A stretch of 56,582 nucleotides of DNA, filler included, from Porpidia crustulata (taxonomy: Eukaryota): assembly GCA_964255105.1 (NCBI GenBank). It is 5 parts of 5 records of this genome, joined end to end, with 100 filler letters (N's around TTAATTAATTAA, not from the genome) between each part and the next. Parts side by side here need not be neighbours in the genome. Positions count along the whole stretch, not along the records: positions 11,351 to 22,586 come from CAXUWE010000681.1; positions 22,687 to 33,921 come from CAXUWE010000682.1; 3 more parts are not named here. The stretch is one strand, 5' to 3'. The translations under genes were made by a program, and so were the position numbers. This document shows, one piece after another, positions 12,302 through 24,673 of the stretch (position 1 is the stretch's first letter; each line of letters begins with the position of its first letter). The notes below the pieces were generated by a model. The model was not told the DNA's origin and ran no database searches. It saw only the letters and a program-made list of their open reading frames with translations.

Positions 12302-12498
12302 ATCGGCCCGCTATCCCTATACGTTTGCTGAAGGGGGGTATAATATCTTTGCTGTTGCGCATTTGGTATTAATAGCTGATAGAACAGCATAAGCATACAA
12401 TTATTGATTAGCGGAGAGTAGCAATGGCAAATAGCTTGAGGTATGAGAAATGGTCATCGTTGGCTTGTCGGCTCGTTATTGAATTGCTATCGATTATT

Positions 12499-12541
12499 AC
12501 GCGTGGGGCGGAAAGCTCGCGCTTGTATAATGTTTGTTTAC
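12499..12541. promoter_or_regulatory. Candidate MCB (ACGCGT, 12499-12504) and forkhead site (GTAAACA on minus strand, 12535-12541) upstream of the cdc11-like gene
   Basis: Exact motif matches 200-240 bp upstream of the ATG at 12301; short motifs, function inferred only. Confidence 0.3.
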
Positions 12542-12760
12542 TCTTCACCCGCTTTGAGCTTAGCGCCTCTTCAAAGGTTCTGCTACAGACCCCGAAATCA
12601 TTGTTGTCGTTATGTGTTTCCAATGTGAAATCTGACTACTATGTACTTCAATGTAATCACAGGCTACAATGGGTATCATGTACATCAAGCATATATCCTC
12701 CTTCCTCCCGGATTTTGCTTAACAATTGAAATCCACCCACCAACCTTCCACATGTGCCAG

Positions 12761-15220
12761 CTAAATATCAAGAGCTTGCTCCTCAAACACTGATTGTCCA
12801 GAAGATAGAATTGTCCTTGACCCTTTCATTCCAGAGCTTCCACCCTTCCGAGTTTTACCTGCCTTGCGCGCTTCAGCCTCAACTTCCCATGTGCCTAGAA
12901 AGCTTCCAGCCTCCTCAAGCGCTTCTTCAAGATCCCAGCCATCTGCGTCGACAAATGGTTGTTGTTGCCCATCATGCTGGTACACTTCCGTGAGTGTGCC
13001 GTTAGGTGCGATGGAAAAAGACGTTAGAGAGGAGGTAGCTTTAGAAAGTGGGATCGGGACCGATGGTCGTGGCGGAGGAGACAGGTGGCGAGTGGGTGAA
13101 GGGGAAGTAGAAACACTGGTGGACATGGAAGGTGACTGGGGCCGGAAGCGGCTTGCTATCGGTGAACCTGGCGAAGTGATAGCGGAGCGGGCGAAGCTGG
13201 CTCGTCTGACTAAGTTGGGATTCTTCTTCACTGTCGTGACGGCAAAGGGGCTCATTGCATCGATCATTGCCTGGGTACTTATTGGCTCGTCATCATCACT
13301 CATGGCAATTTGTCCATCGACGAATTTGCTTGTCAAGGAGAGAGGCAATGCTGCTTTAGACGTTTTGTAAGCGGTAGGACTCAGCTCTCCATTCGATCTA
13401 TGTTTCTGTGGAGAGAGCTTCAATGGAGAAACGACATCATTCTGAAATGACCGTTGTGCTTTGGCAATAGCAGCTTGTGTTGACAGATTCATGTAAGAGT
13501 CGCCTTCGTCGATACCTGGAAATTCCAACGACTGCTGATCCGTTTCTAGCAAGTTAGTAGATGGGTCAGATAGTGGTCTCGTCCCACCAAGATTTGCCGC
13601 CACAATCTGAGCTTCCCGAAGTGCCTCTGGTTTAGATACGTCGTCACTGACAGAGGGCAGTCTTGAGCTAGCACTCGCATAGGCATCGTCTCCAGAAGAG
13701 ATTTCCCCATGGCTGCTTTCCACACGTCTTAGCGGAGATCCTTGTTGCCGCCTTGTCAATGACTTTGATGTTCCCTTCGAGCCTCCTCTCAATCCTTGGA
13801 CATTCACACGCCCTGAAGCGGTGAAGTTGAGGCGCCTGATCGCTTGAGCCTTGGCCTTTGTTTGGGCAGCCTCCATTTCCTCAGCAAAGCGACCGGTAGC
13901 CCTAGTCAACGAAGAAGGTCGTTTTGCTTTCACATTCGCCTTCGCTGCCTCGAGCTTCTCAGAAAAGGAGGTTGACTCTCTAGAAGGCAGTGGCGACACC
14001 TTTTTGGGTACTCGATATGCAAAGCCTGGGAGGTTAGTCGAAGGAGGTACCTCATGTGGCGAGCCTAGAAGAGCTTTTCGTACTGTCTCTAGCGGTAGAT
14101 CAGTTATCTTTGGCTGAGGCACTGTTGGAACGCAAAGTGCTCGCAAAGCTCCTTCTTGAGATAACTTCCTAGCTTCGACATGTGCATCCCTATCCGCTTC
14201 TGCCTTCTTGACAGCTTCCTGAGATAAAATCTTGGCTTTGCTGTAGCCCATTTTCGTAAGCTCGTCAGCGGTCGATAGAGTCGTGTCACGAACTAAAATG
14301 TTAGACGGTTCATTTAAACGCTTCGACGATTCTTGTATATCAGGTACTTTGGCAGATTCTTCGCTCTTTTTTGTCAAAGCCTTCTGCATAGTATGCTGAA
14401 CTCTCGGTTTGTTGATGGGTGTGAAGCCAGAATCTGATACAGCATTTTGAACGTGGTCGAAGACCCTGGGATTCATTGGCAGGGGCTCGACCTGTACCGG
14501 AGGGTGTCTAGGCGTTCGATTCCGACTTCTGGGCTCTGGCAAAGGCGTTGGTGTGGAGGACGGAGACGGCGAGTTCATTTGAAAGTGCTCTTTACGGACT
14601 ATCTTTAGCCAGTGATTGCGACTTCTAGATTGCTCATTGCCAATCGGTGTAGCACTTGTCGGATCCACATTTTTGAAAGGAGAAAAGTTGTTTGTATATT
14701 GTTTATTTCCGTCTGAGCCATGTCTCGAGGCGATTGAGCCCTTCGTGTAAGCGCCAAACTCTCTGATTTGTTGCTTCTGTGCAGGAGCTTGCTCCGCCGA
14801 TTTTCCTCGTACGGGACTGCAGGCTCTGACTACTTGATCTCCATCGGTCTCAAGGCCAGGCCTAGCTGTTGGTCCGGATACTTCAAGCCCATTTACCCTT
14901 TTTTCTCGGTCAATATTCGCAGGTTTTCGAGGCTCCTCAGGTATCTGGCTGATATTCTTGATATCTCTTCTCGGCCTCCTCCTCGCCCAAGGGTTATCCC
15001 ACCCATTCTCAAAAGGACCCCTTAAGCTAGCCGTTGATATCAATAGCCCTCGACCTCGTAGATACTGCGTTCCTAGAGCTTCAATTCTCTGTCTCTTGTT
15101 TCTATGTACATCGAACGTCGCTTCCTCGTCTGAACCCGGACACAATATCTCTTCTACTATATTTGAGATGGGTTCATAGTGTAAGGGCGACGGTGCTCGC
15201 GGGTGGAATTTCGGTGGCAT
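12761..15220 (-). CDS. Conserved fungal low-complexity protein of unknown function (819 aa)
   Basis: Long uninterrupted ORF; ordered blocks KRQRIE.L..QYL.G..L.I.TASLRGPF..GW.NPW (N-term), LSTQAA/ISTQAM..MSPF and WDLEEALEEAGSFLGTWEVEAEAR (C-term) around an S/P-rich centre. Confidence 0.8.
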   Translation of the reverse strand: MPPKFHPRAPSPLHYEPISNIVEEILCPGSDEEATFDVHRNKRQRIEALGTQYLRGRGLLISTASLRGPFENGWDNPWARRRPRRDIKNISQIPEEPRKPANIDREKRVNGLEVSGPTARPGLETDGDQVVRACSPVRGKSAEQAPAQKQQIREFGAYTKGSIASRHGSDGNKQYTNNFSPFKNVDPTSATPIGNEQSRSRNHWLKIVRKEHFQMNSPSPSSTPTPLPEPRSRNRTPRHPPVQVEPLPMNPRVFDHVQNAVSDSGFTPINKPRVQHTMQKALTKKSEESAKVPDIQESSKRLNEPSNILVRDTTLSTADELTKMGYSKAKILSQEAVKKAEADRDAHVEARKLSQEGALRALCVPTVPQPKITDLPLETVRKALLGSPHEVPPSTNLPGFAYRVPKKVSPLPSRESTSFSEKLEAAKANVKAKRPSSLTRATGRFAEEMEAAQTKAKAQAIRRLNFTASGRVNVQGLRGGSKGTSKSLTRRQQGSPLRRVESSHGEISSGDDAYASASSRLPSVSDDVSKPEALREAQIVAANLGGTRPLSDPSTNLLETDQQSLEFPGIDEGDSYMNLSTQAAIAKAQRSFQNDVVSPLKLSPQKHRSNGELSPTAYKTSKAALPLSLTSKFVDGQIAMSDDDEPISTQAMIDAMSPFAVTTVKKNPNLVRRASFARSAITSPGSPIASRFRPQSPSMSTSVSTSPSPTRHLSPPPRPSVPIPLSKATSSLTSFSIAPNGTLTEVYQHDGQQQPFVDADGWDLEEALEEAGSFLGTWEVEAEARKAGKTRKGGSSGMKGSRTILSSGQSVFEEQALDI

Positions 15221-15235
15221 GGTGATTTCGTGGCG

Positions 15236-15290
15236 TTGTGAGTGTGAGAGTTGTGTGAGTTGTGTGAGTTGTGTGAGCTGTATGAGCTCC
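15236..15290. repeat. Short tandem repeat, ~9-bp unit GAGTTGTGT with degenerate copies
   Basis: gagttgtgt gagttgtgt gagttgtgt gagctgtat gagct just upstream of the 819-aa gene start. Confidence 0.8.
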
Positions 15291-15749
15291 AGGTGAGACG
15301 ATAGAGCGATACTGCTAGTGTGGTTAGTGGCTCAAGCCTCGAACTTGGAAACTTAGAAGGGTAAGAATGATGGAGGAACTACCATGGATAAGATCGGAAT
15401 CGTCCATCTTCACTTCCTCCAATACATGGCAATGGGTATGCCCAGCATCCTAGGCGTTGCTCTGTGACGACTGACGATTGAGATAGCGCGTAACCACTTT
15501 ACGCGAGAATCTACACTCACGTGCACATCTTCTCGCCCCCAACATGAGACAATGCCTATGATTGGGTGGTCAAGGTCAAAACAGGCCTCAGGTCGTGATC
15601 GGTTATGTACAGCAGCCAAACCTCTAATATAATAAAAACAATCGCTTCGCTCATTATGCAACCAGCCCGAAAGATATCCGATGCAATAATAAATGTGGTC
15701 CCATCACTCGTTGGATTTTTCCTTCCGGGATGAGTGGAACAAGATATGC

Positions 15750-17596
15750 TCAAACAGCGAGACCTCTTCTCCGCCACCCTCGCCAGGCCCAAGCCCAAAG
15801 CACCACTGCCACCCACGTACACACAGCCATTGCCAAAAACGTGGCGGCGTAGCATTTCGTGCCATAGCAAAGTAGAGCATCTTCCTCTGTTGCCGCCCCC
15901 TGCCTCGCACCTATCTGGTAAACCCAAGAATACAGAGCTCCCCAGACAGCCGCACCGCCTGCAGGAAATACGGCAACGATACCCCAATTTGTGCCAAAAT
16001 TCTGTACGCCCCATACCACGCTAACAATGATGGGTGAAAGGGAGAATACTGCGCCGTAGCCGAGACCGATGAAAGCGCTGATAAGACTAAAGCCGTCTGG
16101 AGATCTCTGGATAAGACCTGAGGCCAGGAGAACCTGTCCGAGCGAAAGCAGAAGTGTGCTACCTAGGAGGAACGTGACGCGGGAGACCTCAAAGGCCTTG
16201 GAGTAGCCCTCTCCCGCGCGTGTCGGCGCAAGCAGATCCGAGATGGTGCCTGTGAGGAGGCGCGCAAGTGTCGAGGTGAGGGCAACAATAGAAACTTGGG
16301 TCGCCGGAGAATTCCATGGAGGCACGTCAGAGGTTGGAGGATAGAAGGTGTCTATAATGGTCCCAAGATTGTTGATGAAAGCCTCGCCGGGCCCGGTGAC
16401 TAAGAAAAAGCCGGCGGCGAAAAACCACATTGTGTGGTCTGTGAGAAAATGGCGTGTCTCCAAGTTGAGCAGCCATGTCTTCTTTCGCGCATCGTTGGGC
16501 TCGTCGCGTGAAATGGACGAGTTGGCATCAGTATATAGTTGAGGATCGTTATCTTCTGGAGTAGTTGATCGGGGGCGGTCGACCGTTCCGTAGCTATTCT
16601 CGCTATCGTGGAGCACGGAATGCTGGAAGAACGGACTATCTTCCAACAATCCACTCCTTTCCAACTCATCAACAGCTTCGTCAATCAAGTCTTCCTCATT
16701 CACTACTCTCAAACCCATAGACCCAATTACTCCGACCCCAAACAGCAATCCTGCCAGGAACAGAAAGTACCTGAAGACATCAACGTCTCCTTTACTTCCT
16801 CCGTCTCCCGGCTCATACAACAGATGGCTTCCAATTTGGCTCTGCCACATTCCACTTAAACCAAAAGCTGCGATTGGCAAAGCAAGCGCCAACCCTTTAT
16901 GTTTTCCGCGGCCAAAGTTTTTCGCACATGTCGTCAATGCGCTCAGATACATGGAGACCGTTCCCATACCAATACCTACAAACGCAAGTATCATGACCCA
17001 AAACGGCCAGCCATCCTCATTCCGAGGACCTTGCCGATAGGTCAACGCTGCGAGTAGGTATCCACCACCGAACAGAAAGGCAGAGAGCAGGGATATTGGC
17101 CTTGGGTTGTAGCGATCACAGAGGTAGCCAAATATTGGCACAGGAAGGTACATGCCTACTTCGGCGGTGATGGAGACGGCGTTGACTTGAAACTGGGTAT
17201 AGCGGAGGCGAGACAGGAAGAGCGGTCCATAGAGGGAGTATGCGGTAATCGAGCCAGCACATAAACTGCGGCACTCTAGTTAGCACAAAATCTTTCGATG
17301 AACCCTCCCTCTGTATGGCTTTCTCATTCCAGCATTCCGAGCGGAGAGCCTTACCAGTTCAGAATCGCACATGCGAAACTGATGTATTTAATCACTGCCC
17401 GTCGCATTTTCCGCCGGTCTCGCTCGATTACCCCGTCGACTACATTGCTTAGTAGGCTCTCATCGTCTCTCAACAGCCCTTCCGGACCGGAATCCTCGGA
17501 TCCGCTAGTCGATGGCGCTGGTTTCCTGTGCTCATCGAAATCGAGCTTATCGATGCCGCCGTTGGTGATGCTGCGGCTGGGGCTTCTTGAAGGCAT
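15750..17596 (-). CDS. MCH1: MFS transporter, Mch1-like; exons 17596-17355 and 17265-15750
   Basis: Spliced junction gives ..ISFACAILNCLCAGSITAYSLYGPLF..; motifs MYLPVPIFGYLCDR, CAKNFGRGKHKGLALALPIAAFGLSGMWQSQ, GPGEAFINNLG, WGVQNFGTNWG; many hydrophobic segments; 89-nt GTAAGG..CTAAC..CAG intron. Confidence 0.88.
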
Positions 17597-18192
17597 GCTC
17601 CTGGCTCATTGTCACTCTAAACTCCCAAAGAATACAACTCGCATAGTAATTTGGTCAGAATATTAGAATCCTGGCACGGTACACGTTCTGATGCGTATCA
17701 AATGACTGGCGGCTAGGTGGAGAAGAGGTCATCGCGTCAACAGTAGCTTAGTCATACCTGCAATGCTGCCCAGGTGCCCCATGTAGTCACAGATGAAGTA
17801 CAGCCTCATCCCGGGCAGTATCATGCAGAAATTCTCGATACAATTTTAGCAGGATCGTTTGTTAATGTTTAAAATTAAGGTATAATATATACGTGGACTG
17901 AGAGTTTGATTTCCTCATAGGTCGAACGCTATCCATTCTGCTATAACAGTCTCAGCGTGGAAGAGGGAGAACTCGGTAATTTTCAGCAAGCGTCGACGAC
18001 GGAGCCTTGAGAAAGCACATAAGAATGCCACGAAACGACTCTACAGCTAATAGTGCTGGATTTCGACAGGTCACCCATCGTAAGATACCGAAGAAGTATG
18101 CTGAGGACCAACCGCATAACAGGGGTATAGTGCTGACCCGGCGAAATTCACCAATTGCCCAAAACCCCAGAGAAATCCTTGCTTTCGAAGGT

Positions 18193-21100
18193 TCAAATAC
18201 TCACATTCCCGATGTCTTCCTCCGCTATGCTATCGCCAAGCCATTCTTCAGGTAAAACGATAGAGTCCAACCCCATTTGGCCCTCCGCCATGTTAGCTCC
18301 TTCGAGGGTGCAATCCACACCGATCTCTTTGAAAATATGGGATAGATACATCCTAAGCGAGCGTAAGCCTCTTAAATATCCTTTGTCAATTCCGTCTGGA
18401 TCATGAGGTGGACAGCACACAGATTCGGGTAGTTCATCTTCAGCAGTGACACAATTAGCGAAATCGACAATCTTGAGGTCAATTGTTGCCTTGGCGCGCT
18501 TTTCGCGCTTTGCTTTCTCCGCCTGTCTCTGGTTTGGCCTCAAGGGCGGTGTCGCGGTTGAACCCTCGTCAGGACTTTGGCCACCATCGTACAACATCAA
18601 CAGGCTACTCGCGTAGAATCGATATCCCGGCAAGTTGCGTATTATGTTTTCGAGTTTTGCTATCTTCTCTAGAATGACTGGGATATGACGAAGAACGCTC
18701 CTATAAGACACGCCGTCGTAAAGAAAACGGGTAAGCGCATCTTGGAACTCCCGACCAGCTTTCAGGTTTCGCCCAAAGTATTTGTCTTCGAAAAGATACG
18801 ATTGCTCATTGACATTCCATACCTGCATTCCACAAAGGCGAACCCCAAGCTGCTGCGAAGTAGTCATTCTGCATTTCTTCCGTTGAGATTTCTTTTTCTT
18901 TTCGTCGGCGTCGAGTCCGTATTGCCGGGTACCCATCTTTAGGTCCAGTACGCATGGCTTATTCATGCCAGCTGTAAGGTCCTCCAAGAGTAGGAAGAAC
19001 TGTACCCTCTCATCGGGAAGGGTTTGTGCTTGCTTTGGGTTCATGGGTCCAGTGGTAAAGATATGATTTTGCAAAATAGGAGTTTTCATGGCCGGTGCTA
19101 ACATGGACGAAACCGATCCCGCCCTGTCCATCACCGTCATGTCCTTTCGTGATGCCTCACGTGTAGGCTCCCCCACTAGCTTCTGCATGTTTTGCCGAGC
19201 ATCAGTCCCACCTACCGATGCTTTTTGAGATGCTACTACCTCTGAGGAGTCCACCTCTATGGGGAAAATTTCGTCCTCCCGATCGCCACCATAACCTTCT
19301 TCTTCAAAATACTCGAGATTGCTTCGCTTATCGCTATCCACGTTGGTTTGAGTGCTCCTTAACCCACTCCCGGAATGCCGTCGCCTAACGCGTCGCACAC
19401 CGGGTAAAGGCTTTTGATCAGACTCAGATTCCGCGGTCCGTATGCTTTCAAACCCTTGTGACCCAGACTCATAGTTTAGCCCATGGCCTACCGACATTGC
19501 TTGTCGTCTGAGAGAAACGGGTTGCAGCTCTTCCCGCAAGAGAGATCTTGGGCTCATTGCCAAATCCACTTTGCTTTTGTCTTTCGAGTCCTTGGAGAGA
19601 TCAATGCTTTTACGCTGACGTAGAAAGGGCGTCTTGTCCATGACAGACTCCCTTTGCTCACTCGTCTCGTTTACTCGCGTCATTACATTATGACTGCGCC
19701 CGTGGCGAGCTCGGCGATATATTGTAGGGGGGGCGAAGACTTCTCGAATCACTTGATCTTTAAGTTTTGTATTCACTCTAGTTGCACCCCAGCTAGCGTT
19801 GTGCTTTAGAAGAGTAGGCCTGGACGGCAAGTCATGCTTGCCATATGATTCTATGTTTGTACCAATACTTCCAAGTCCTCTTGAACTTTTTCCATTTTCA
19901 GAATCTGCATGAACACCATTTGTAGAAGTCATCAGCTTTGAGCCGCCGCTGTGTTGTGTATAGCCGAAGAGGTTGTCTGGGATGATATGACGATTGTTGG
20001 CAAAAATAACTTGAGGGACCGGACCACTTTGTAGAGAATGACTGATCACCCGATGCTGCTCACTGGAATCTTGCTGCTTGATACCCTCACTCGGTTTCAC
20101 GATAGCTTTGGTGGTAGTATAGTCACGCTCCAACCCGCCACGATCACCCCCCGCTGAAGAATCCACGGGCTTCGCCTCGGGGGACAATTCGTTCTCAACA
20201 ATCGTCTTCCTACGCTTGAACGCCTTGCGGTACGTAACATTGAGCACACCAATGTACCTATTAGAAAATCATTACATCTGTGTTAGCAAAATGTTTGAAG
20301 GCTCGGTAGGACGGGAAGTGTAGCTTTGCTATTTTTCAGCTTCAGGACCTCGATAGAGAGGATGAAAGTAAAGGCTCATCTTACCTGGGTAGGAATCGCA
20401 GGAGTTTAGGATGCCGGCGTTCAACTACTTCGTAGAACTCATTCTCTCTATTACTTAATTGCTTACAGACTGCTCTTTTTGAGAAACGAAATACGGTGGT
20501 ATGCCCGCCCACCTGATGGTTGTAAGGCTTCAGTTCAACGGCTCCAAGAGGCGCAGTCGGGACACGATGCCCTCTTGGTGATCGTAAGAATGGCGAGCGC
20601 GCTTTCGGGGTCGCTGTTGGCGTTGTCTCGCCGTCGTCTGTGGCGCTGGAATCTTCGCCATTCATTGACTGGGCGGCTTCATCTAGGGAATCGTACTCTG
20701 AATCAGAAGCCGAAGAGGTACCACTTCCAAGAGCGCTGACGTAACGATCTTCCAGCGGCATTCGGGTCTTTTGGAAATCGCCATGTAAGTATTTACTCTC
20801 ATTTTGAGATTGCAATGCAATATCAACATCTTCTGAAGGCCCCTCGTCATCGTATGCTGTGTTGGAAGTGCTTCCGGATTTGAGTGATTCGAGGCCCTGT
20901 TGCGAGTCTTCAAGCTCGTCTAGGCTCCCGATGCTAACATCTTGTAGAGCGTCCGGTGAAGGAGCCTGATGGGGATAGTATAGCGCAGACGATATTTGTT
21001 CTTTGTCGGACTCATCTTCATCCTCTTCTGCGCCACCGCTATCTCCATGTGCCTTGTCCTGGGCAGTATCCTCCTTATCCGCTACGGCAGCTAGGTCGTC

Positions 21101-22498
21101 AATGTCGAAATGCTTCGGGCTTGGACTTCTCACCTTGATCCTGTCTTTGATAGGAGCAGCCAGATTATGATAATTTCTAATTTCTTCGAGGAGTCGTATA
21201 GGAAGGCCACCTTCAGACGTATCGTCAAACCGATGCGAGATATTCTTGGCACTAATGATAGTATCGTCTTCAGAGGAATCATCGAGACCGTGCGATTTGT
21301 TCGACACATCGGCTAAAGGCTTTAGTGTCCCTAGTCCTTTGGATGAAGACTGGTCGGGACGGATATCTGTTGTACTATCGACTGTTGATGAGTATCGCTC
21401 AAGGCCCTCATCGTCATTTGTTGGGAACGTAGGGGAATCTTCACCGTCAGTGATGGCCGCATTCTCTGCAGAGTATCCGAGGGTTGACACAGTAAGTATT
21501 GGGCGCGTTCCAAACCTGGGTGTTTCTATGGCCTCTGACGTAGCTTCCACAGATGTGCTCTGTCGAGCCAGTCCCGAGCTTGTACGGACCTTCTCTAGGC
21601 TTCTCTTCTGTTCCTGGGACGCAGTATTCTCTTTGAACAGACCCAGGATATGGCTTGACTTCCGACTTCTGGCAGTTGACGCTGGCTCCGCGTTGGCCAT
21701 TGTTGCCTCAATACGTTTTTCAACCCGACCACTGCCATTGCGACTCGAACTCCGATTTCTCTTGGCAGAAAAAGCTTCTTCCCTTGCTCCTGCCAGGGCC
21801 TCGCTGCTTGTAACAGGATCTGATCCCGGGCCGTCTCCGACCTCTTTCTCTCCATTTCCCGCCATTGGTGTTGTGCTTGATGTTCCGTATGACCTTGTTC
21901 GATCTTGCGCCAGGGAAACCGGTGGGTTATTTGATTGCTTCTCAGCTGCATAGAAGGGAGATTGAAAGGATTTTGGACTCGCAACTAATTTGGATGAATG
22001 GAAAATTTCCTTGATATCGGTATAAGATTGTCCAATGTTTGCAAAGCTTGGCTCCGAATTGAAGCTTATTGGGAACGCCCTCGATGATGGCGTCACACGA
22101 GAAGACCCGGGATTTGGTGATGATAAGGTGGATGATGATATTCGAGCATCGATATGATGTAAGAAATCTGGACCTCTTGACTCTCCATATCGTAAGGAAG
22201 GAGTGCTGTGGTTGCTGTTTCGGGTTGAAGGAGAATATGGGGAAGGCGCAATGAGCTCATTTTGTGTGGTGAATGGCGCAATCTCTGCGAACCTGGGTGC
22301 CCAATGGCTATATGTGGTGGTGTCGGTGAATGACCGTGATAGCTTCTCTGCCTGTGGGCGCTGAGCAGGAGCATTGGATGTTATCGCTGTGGGCCGCGCC
22401 TGGGGTGTGGTCGACACATTATGGCCTTCAATAAGACTCTCGAGAGACCTCACCGACAAGATAGGTGAGGTGTTTCCTGCAGCCAAGGGTTTTGACAT
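18193..22498 (-). CDS. KCS1: Inositol hexakisphosphate/polyphosphate kinase (IPK family); exons 22498-20385 and 20257-18193
   Basis: VELKPYNHQVGGHTTVFRFS, LPRYIGVLNV across the intron, FLLLEDLTAGMNKPCVLDLKMGTRQYG (PxxxDxKxG), YRFYASSLL, IVDFAN, DKGYLRGL. Confidence 0.93.
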
Positions 22499-22586
22499 GT
22501 GGGTGACATTGGGCGGATGAGCTGTGAGGGATTTCGTGGATTGGAGTGTTCATGGGGGAGGGGCTTGAAGATAGATAGATGTTGGG

Positions 22587-22686
22587 NNNNNNNNNNNNNN
22601 NNNNNNNNNNNNNNNNNNNNNNNNNNNNNNTTAATTAATTAANNNNNNNNNNNNNNNNNNNNNNNNNNNNNNNNNNNNNNNNNNNN
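22587..22686. other. Artificial contig spacer
   Basis: 44 N + TTAATTAATTAA + 44 N. Confidence 0.98.
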
Positions 22687-23137
22687 GCTGTAGGTGGAGC
22701 TTGGGATGGTACATGTGTCTTTGAGAATATTTGGGAGAGCGCAACCGGGAGTTTTTGTGGTGGTTTTTTCAGGTCTGTGGGGATATGGGTGATTGTACGC
22801 AAGATGGGGGAGTTTCAAGAAGTCGGGTTCGAGAGGAAGCGGAATGTATAGATGATTATAGTGGGGGTGGGGGTTGTATAGAGTGGATGTGCGGATTGGA
22901 TATTGATACCTGTGGAAGATTTGGTGGTTGGGGATCCGGCTCCTTGCACTAGATCTTCTTGATCTCGTAATGGAGATGTTGCTTAAATATAGTGATCCAA
23001 CTTCGAAATCTTCTGGGATATTTCCAAGCGAACTATTTCTGATCATGGGGCATATTTTTTGAAATTTCCAAGAGCTTTTTCATCGCTCCCATTTTTTTTT
23101 TCCCAACCCAACGTCCAAATCCCCAGCCTCCTTATAC

Positions 23138-24673
23138 TCACGCCCCCCTGTAATGCCCCGCGACCAAAAACGCCAACTCAAGCGCCTGTTTCTCATTCAG
23201 CCTCGGGTCGCAATAGCTCGTGTAATTCGTGCTTAGGTCCTCGTCCCGCAACCCCTCGCTGCCGCCCACGCACTCCGTCACCGCGTCGCCCGTCAGCTCG
23301 AGGTGCACGCCGCCGAGGAAGCCGCCCTCGGCCTCGTGGATGCGTAGCGCGCTGTCAACTTCGGCGAGGATGCTGCTGAAATGCCGGGTTTTGATGCCCT
23401 GCGGGGTGGCGAAGGTGTTGCCGTGCATGGGGTCGCACTGCCAGATGACGACGTGGCCGCTTGCCTTGACGGCGCGGATGTGCGCGGGCAAGTGCTGGGC
23501 GATGAGGCTTTCGCCGTAGCGGGTGATGAGGGTGATTTTGCCGATTTCGCGGCGGGGGTTGACGATGTCGAGGAGGGAGACGAGTTCGGAGGGGAGCATG
23601 GAGGGGCCGACTTTGATGCCGATGGGGTTTTCGAGGCCGCGGAAGTATTCGATGTGGGCGCCGTCGAGCTGGCGGGTTCGGTCGCCGATCCAGAGGAAGT
23701 GGGCGGAGGTGTTGTAGTAGCCTTTTTCGGGGCTGGTGTTGGCGGTGTGCGAGTCGCGGTGACCGTTTGTTGGGAGACTTGGGAGGATATGGAGGGTAGG
23801 TTTGGTGGTGCGTGAGTTAGGGTGGCGGAGGAGGCGGGTGAGGGATTGTTCGTATTCAAGAAGCAGACCTTCGTGGCTAGTGTAAAGGTCCACGGTTTCC
23901 AGAGCGCTGGCGCTACTGTCAGCGCCGACTGTGCGCATGAAGCGGAGGGACTCGGTGATGCTGTCGACGATGCAGGTATATTTGGCTTTGATGCTTTCGT
24001 CTTTGACGTGGCCGAGTCCCCAGTCCAAGGGTGAATGTAGGTCCGCGATGCCAGAGGCTAGGGATGCTCGGATGTAGTTCAATGTGCTGGCGCTGTGGAA
24101 GTATGCGGCGACCAGCCTCGAGGGATCAGGTTTCCTGTTTTCGGGATCGTAGCTGTTGATATTGTCGCCTCGGAACGCGTATATTTCCTGCCCCTGATAC
24201 ATCTCTGTTGGCTTAGATCTGGGCTTCGCAAATTGGCCTGCCATTCTAGCAATTCGAACGACAGGCTTGTTGGCGCCCCAGATTAGAACTAAGCTCATCT
24301 GCAACAATAGCTTAATTTTCGACTCGATTGCTTCTTCCTCACAGTAATCGAATAACTCAGCGCAATCGCCGCCCTGTAGCAGGAAAGCCTTTCCTAGCGC
24401 TACGTCTCGTAAACTCCTTTTAAGCTTCGCGATCTCGGTAGGAGTGACAATGGGCGGAAGACGTTCGAGTTTAGCAAGAGCTCTAGAGACTGCGGCGCGG
24501 TCATCGTAATTGACGTCTTGCTCGATGGGTTTCGTGGTCCATGATGAGGGACTCCATTCGGAAGAGACGCCGTTGCGTTGTGGAACTGCAGTAAGACTGA
24601 CCTCGGCGGCAGCTTGCCCACCCTTACTGAGGCTCGGCGCCTCTACAGGCACTTGGGAGATATCATGAGCCAT
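23138..24673 (-). CDS. Class II DAHP synthase (phospho-2-dehydro-3-deoxyheptonate aldolase), intronless, 511 aa
   Basis: AFLLQGGDCAELF, RMAGQFAKPRS, YTSHEGLLL.YE, WIGDRTRQLDGAH, PIGIKVGP, CDPMHGNT, HLELTG..VTECVGG, YCDPRLN all intact. Confidence 0.96.
   Translation of the reverse strand: MAHDISQVPVEAPSLSKGGQAAAEVSLTAVPQRNGVSSEWSPSSWTTKPIEQDVNYDDRAAVSRALAKLERLPPIVTPTEIAKLKRSLRDVALGKAFLLQGGDCAELFDYCEEEAIESKIKLLLQMSLVLIWGANKPVVRIARMAGQFAKPRSKPTEMYQGQEIYAFRGDNINSYDPENRKPDPSRLVAAYFHSASTLNYIRASLASGIADLHSPLDWGLGHVKDESIKAKYTCIVDSITESLRFMRTVGADSSASALETVDLYTSHEGLLLEYEQSLTRLLRHPNSRTTKPTLHILPSLPTNGHRDSHTANTSPEKGYYNTSAHFLWIGDRTRQLDGAHIEYFRGLENPIGIKVGPSMLPSELVSLLDIVNPRREIGKITLITRYGESLIAQHLPAHIRAVKASGHVVIWQCDPMHGNTFATPQGIKTRHFSSILAEVDSALRIHEAEGGFLGGVHLELTGDAVTECVGGSEGLRDEDLSTNYTSYCDPRLNEKQALELAFLVAGHYRGA

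Noticed and set aside
12761..15220. Naming the 819-aa protein a protamine
   Set aside because: Only a short RRRPRR stretch; size and composition do not fit a protamine.
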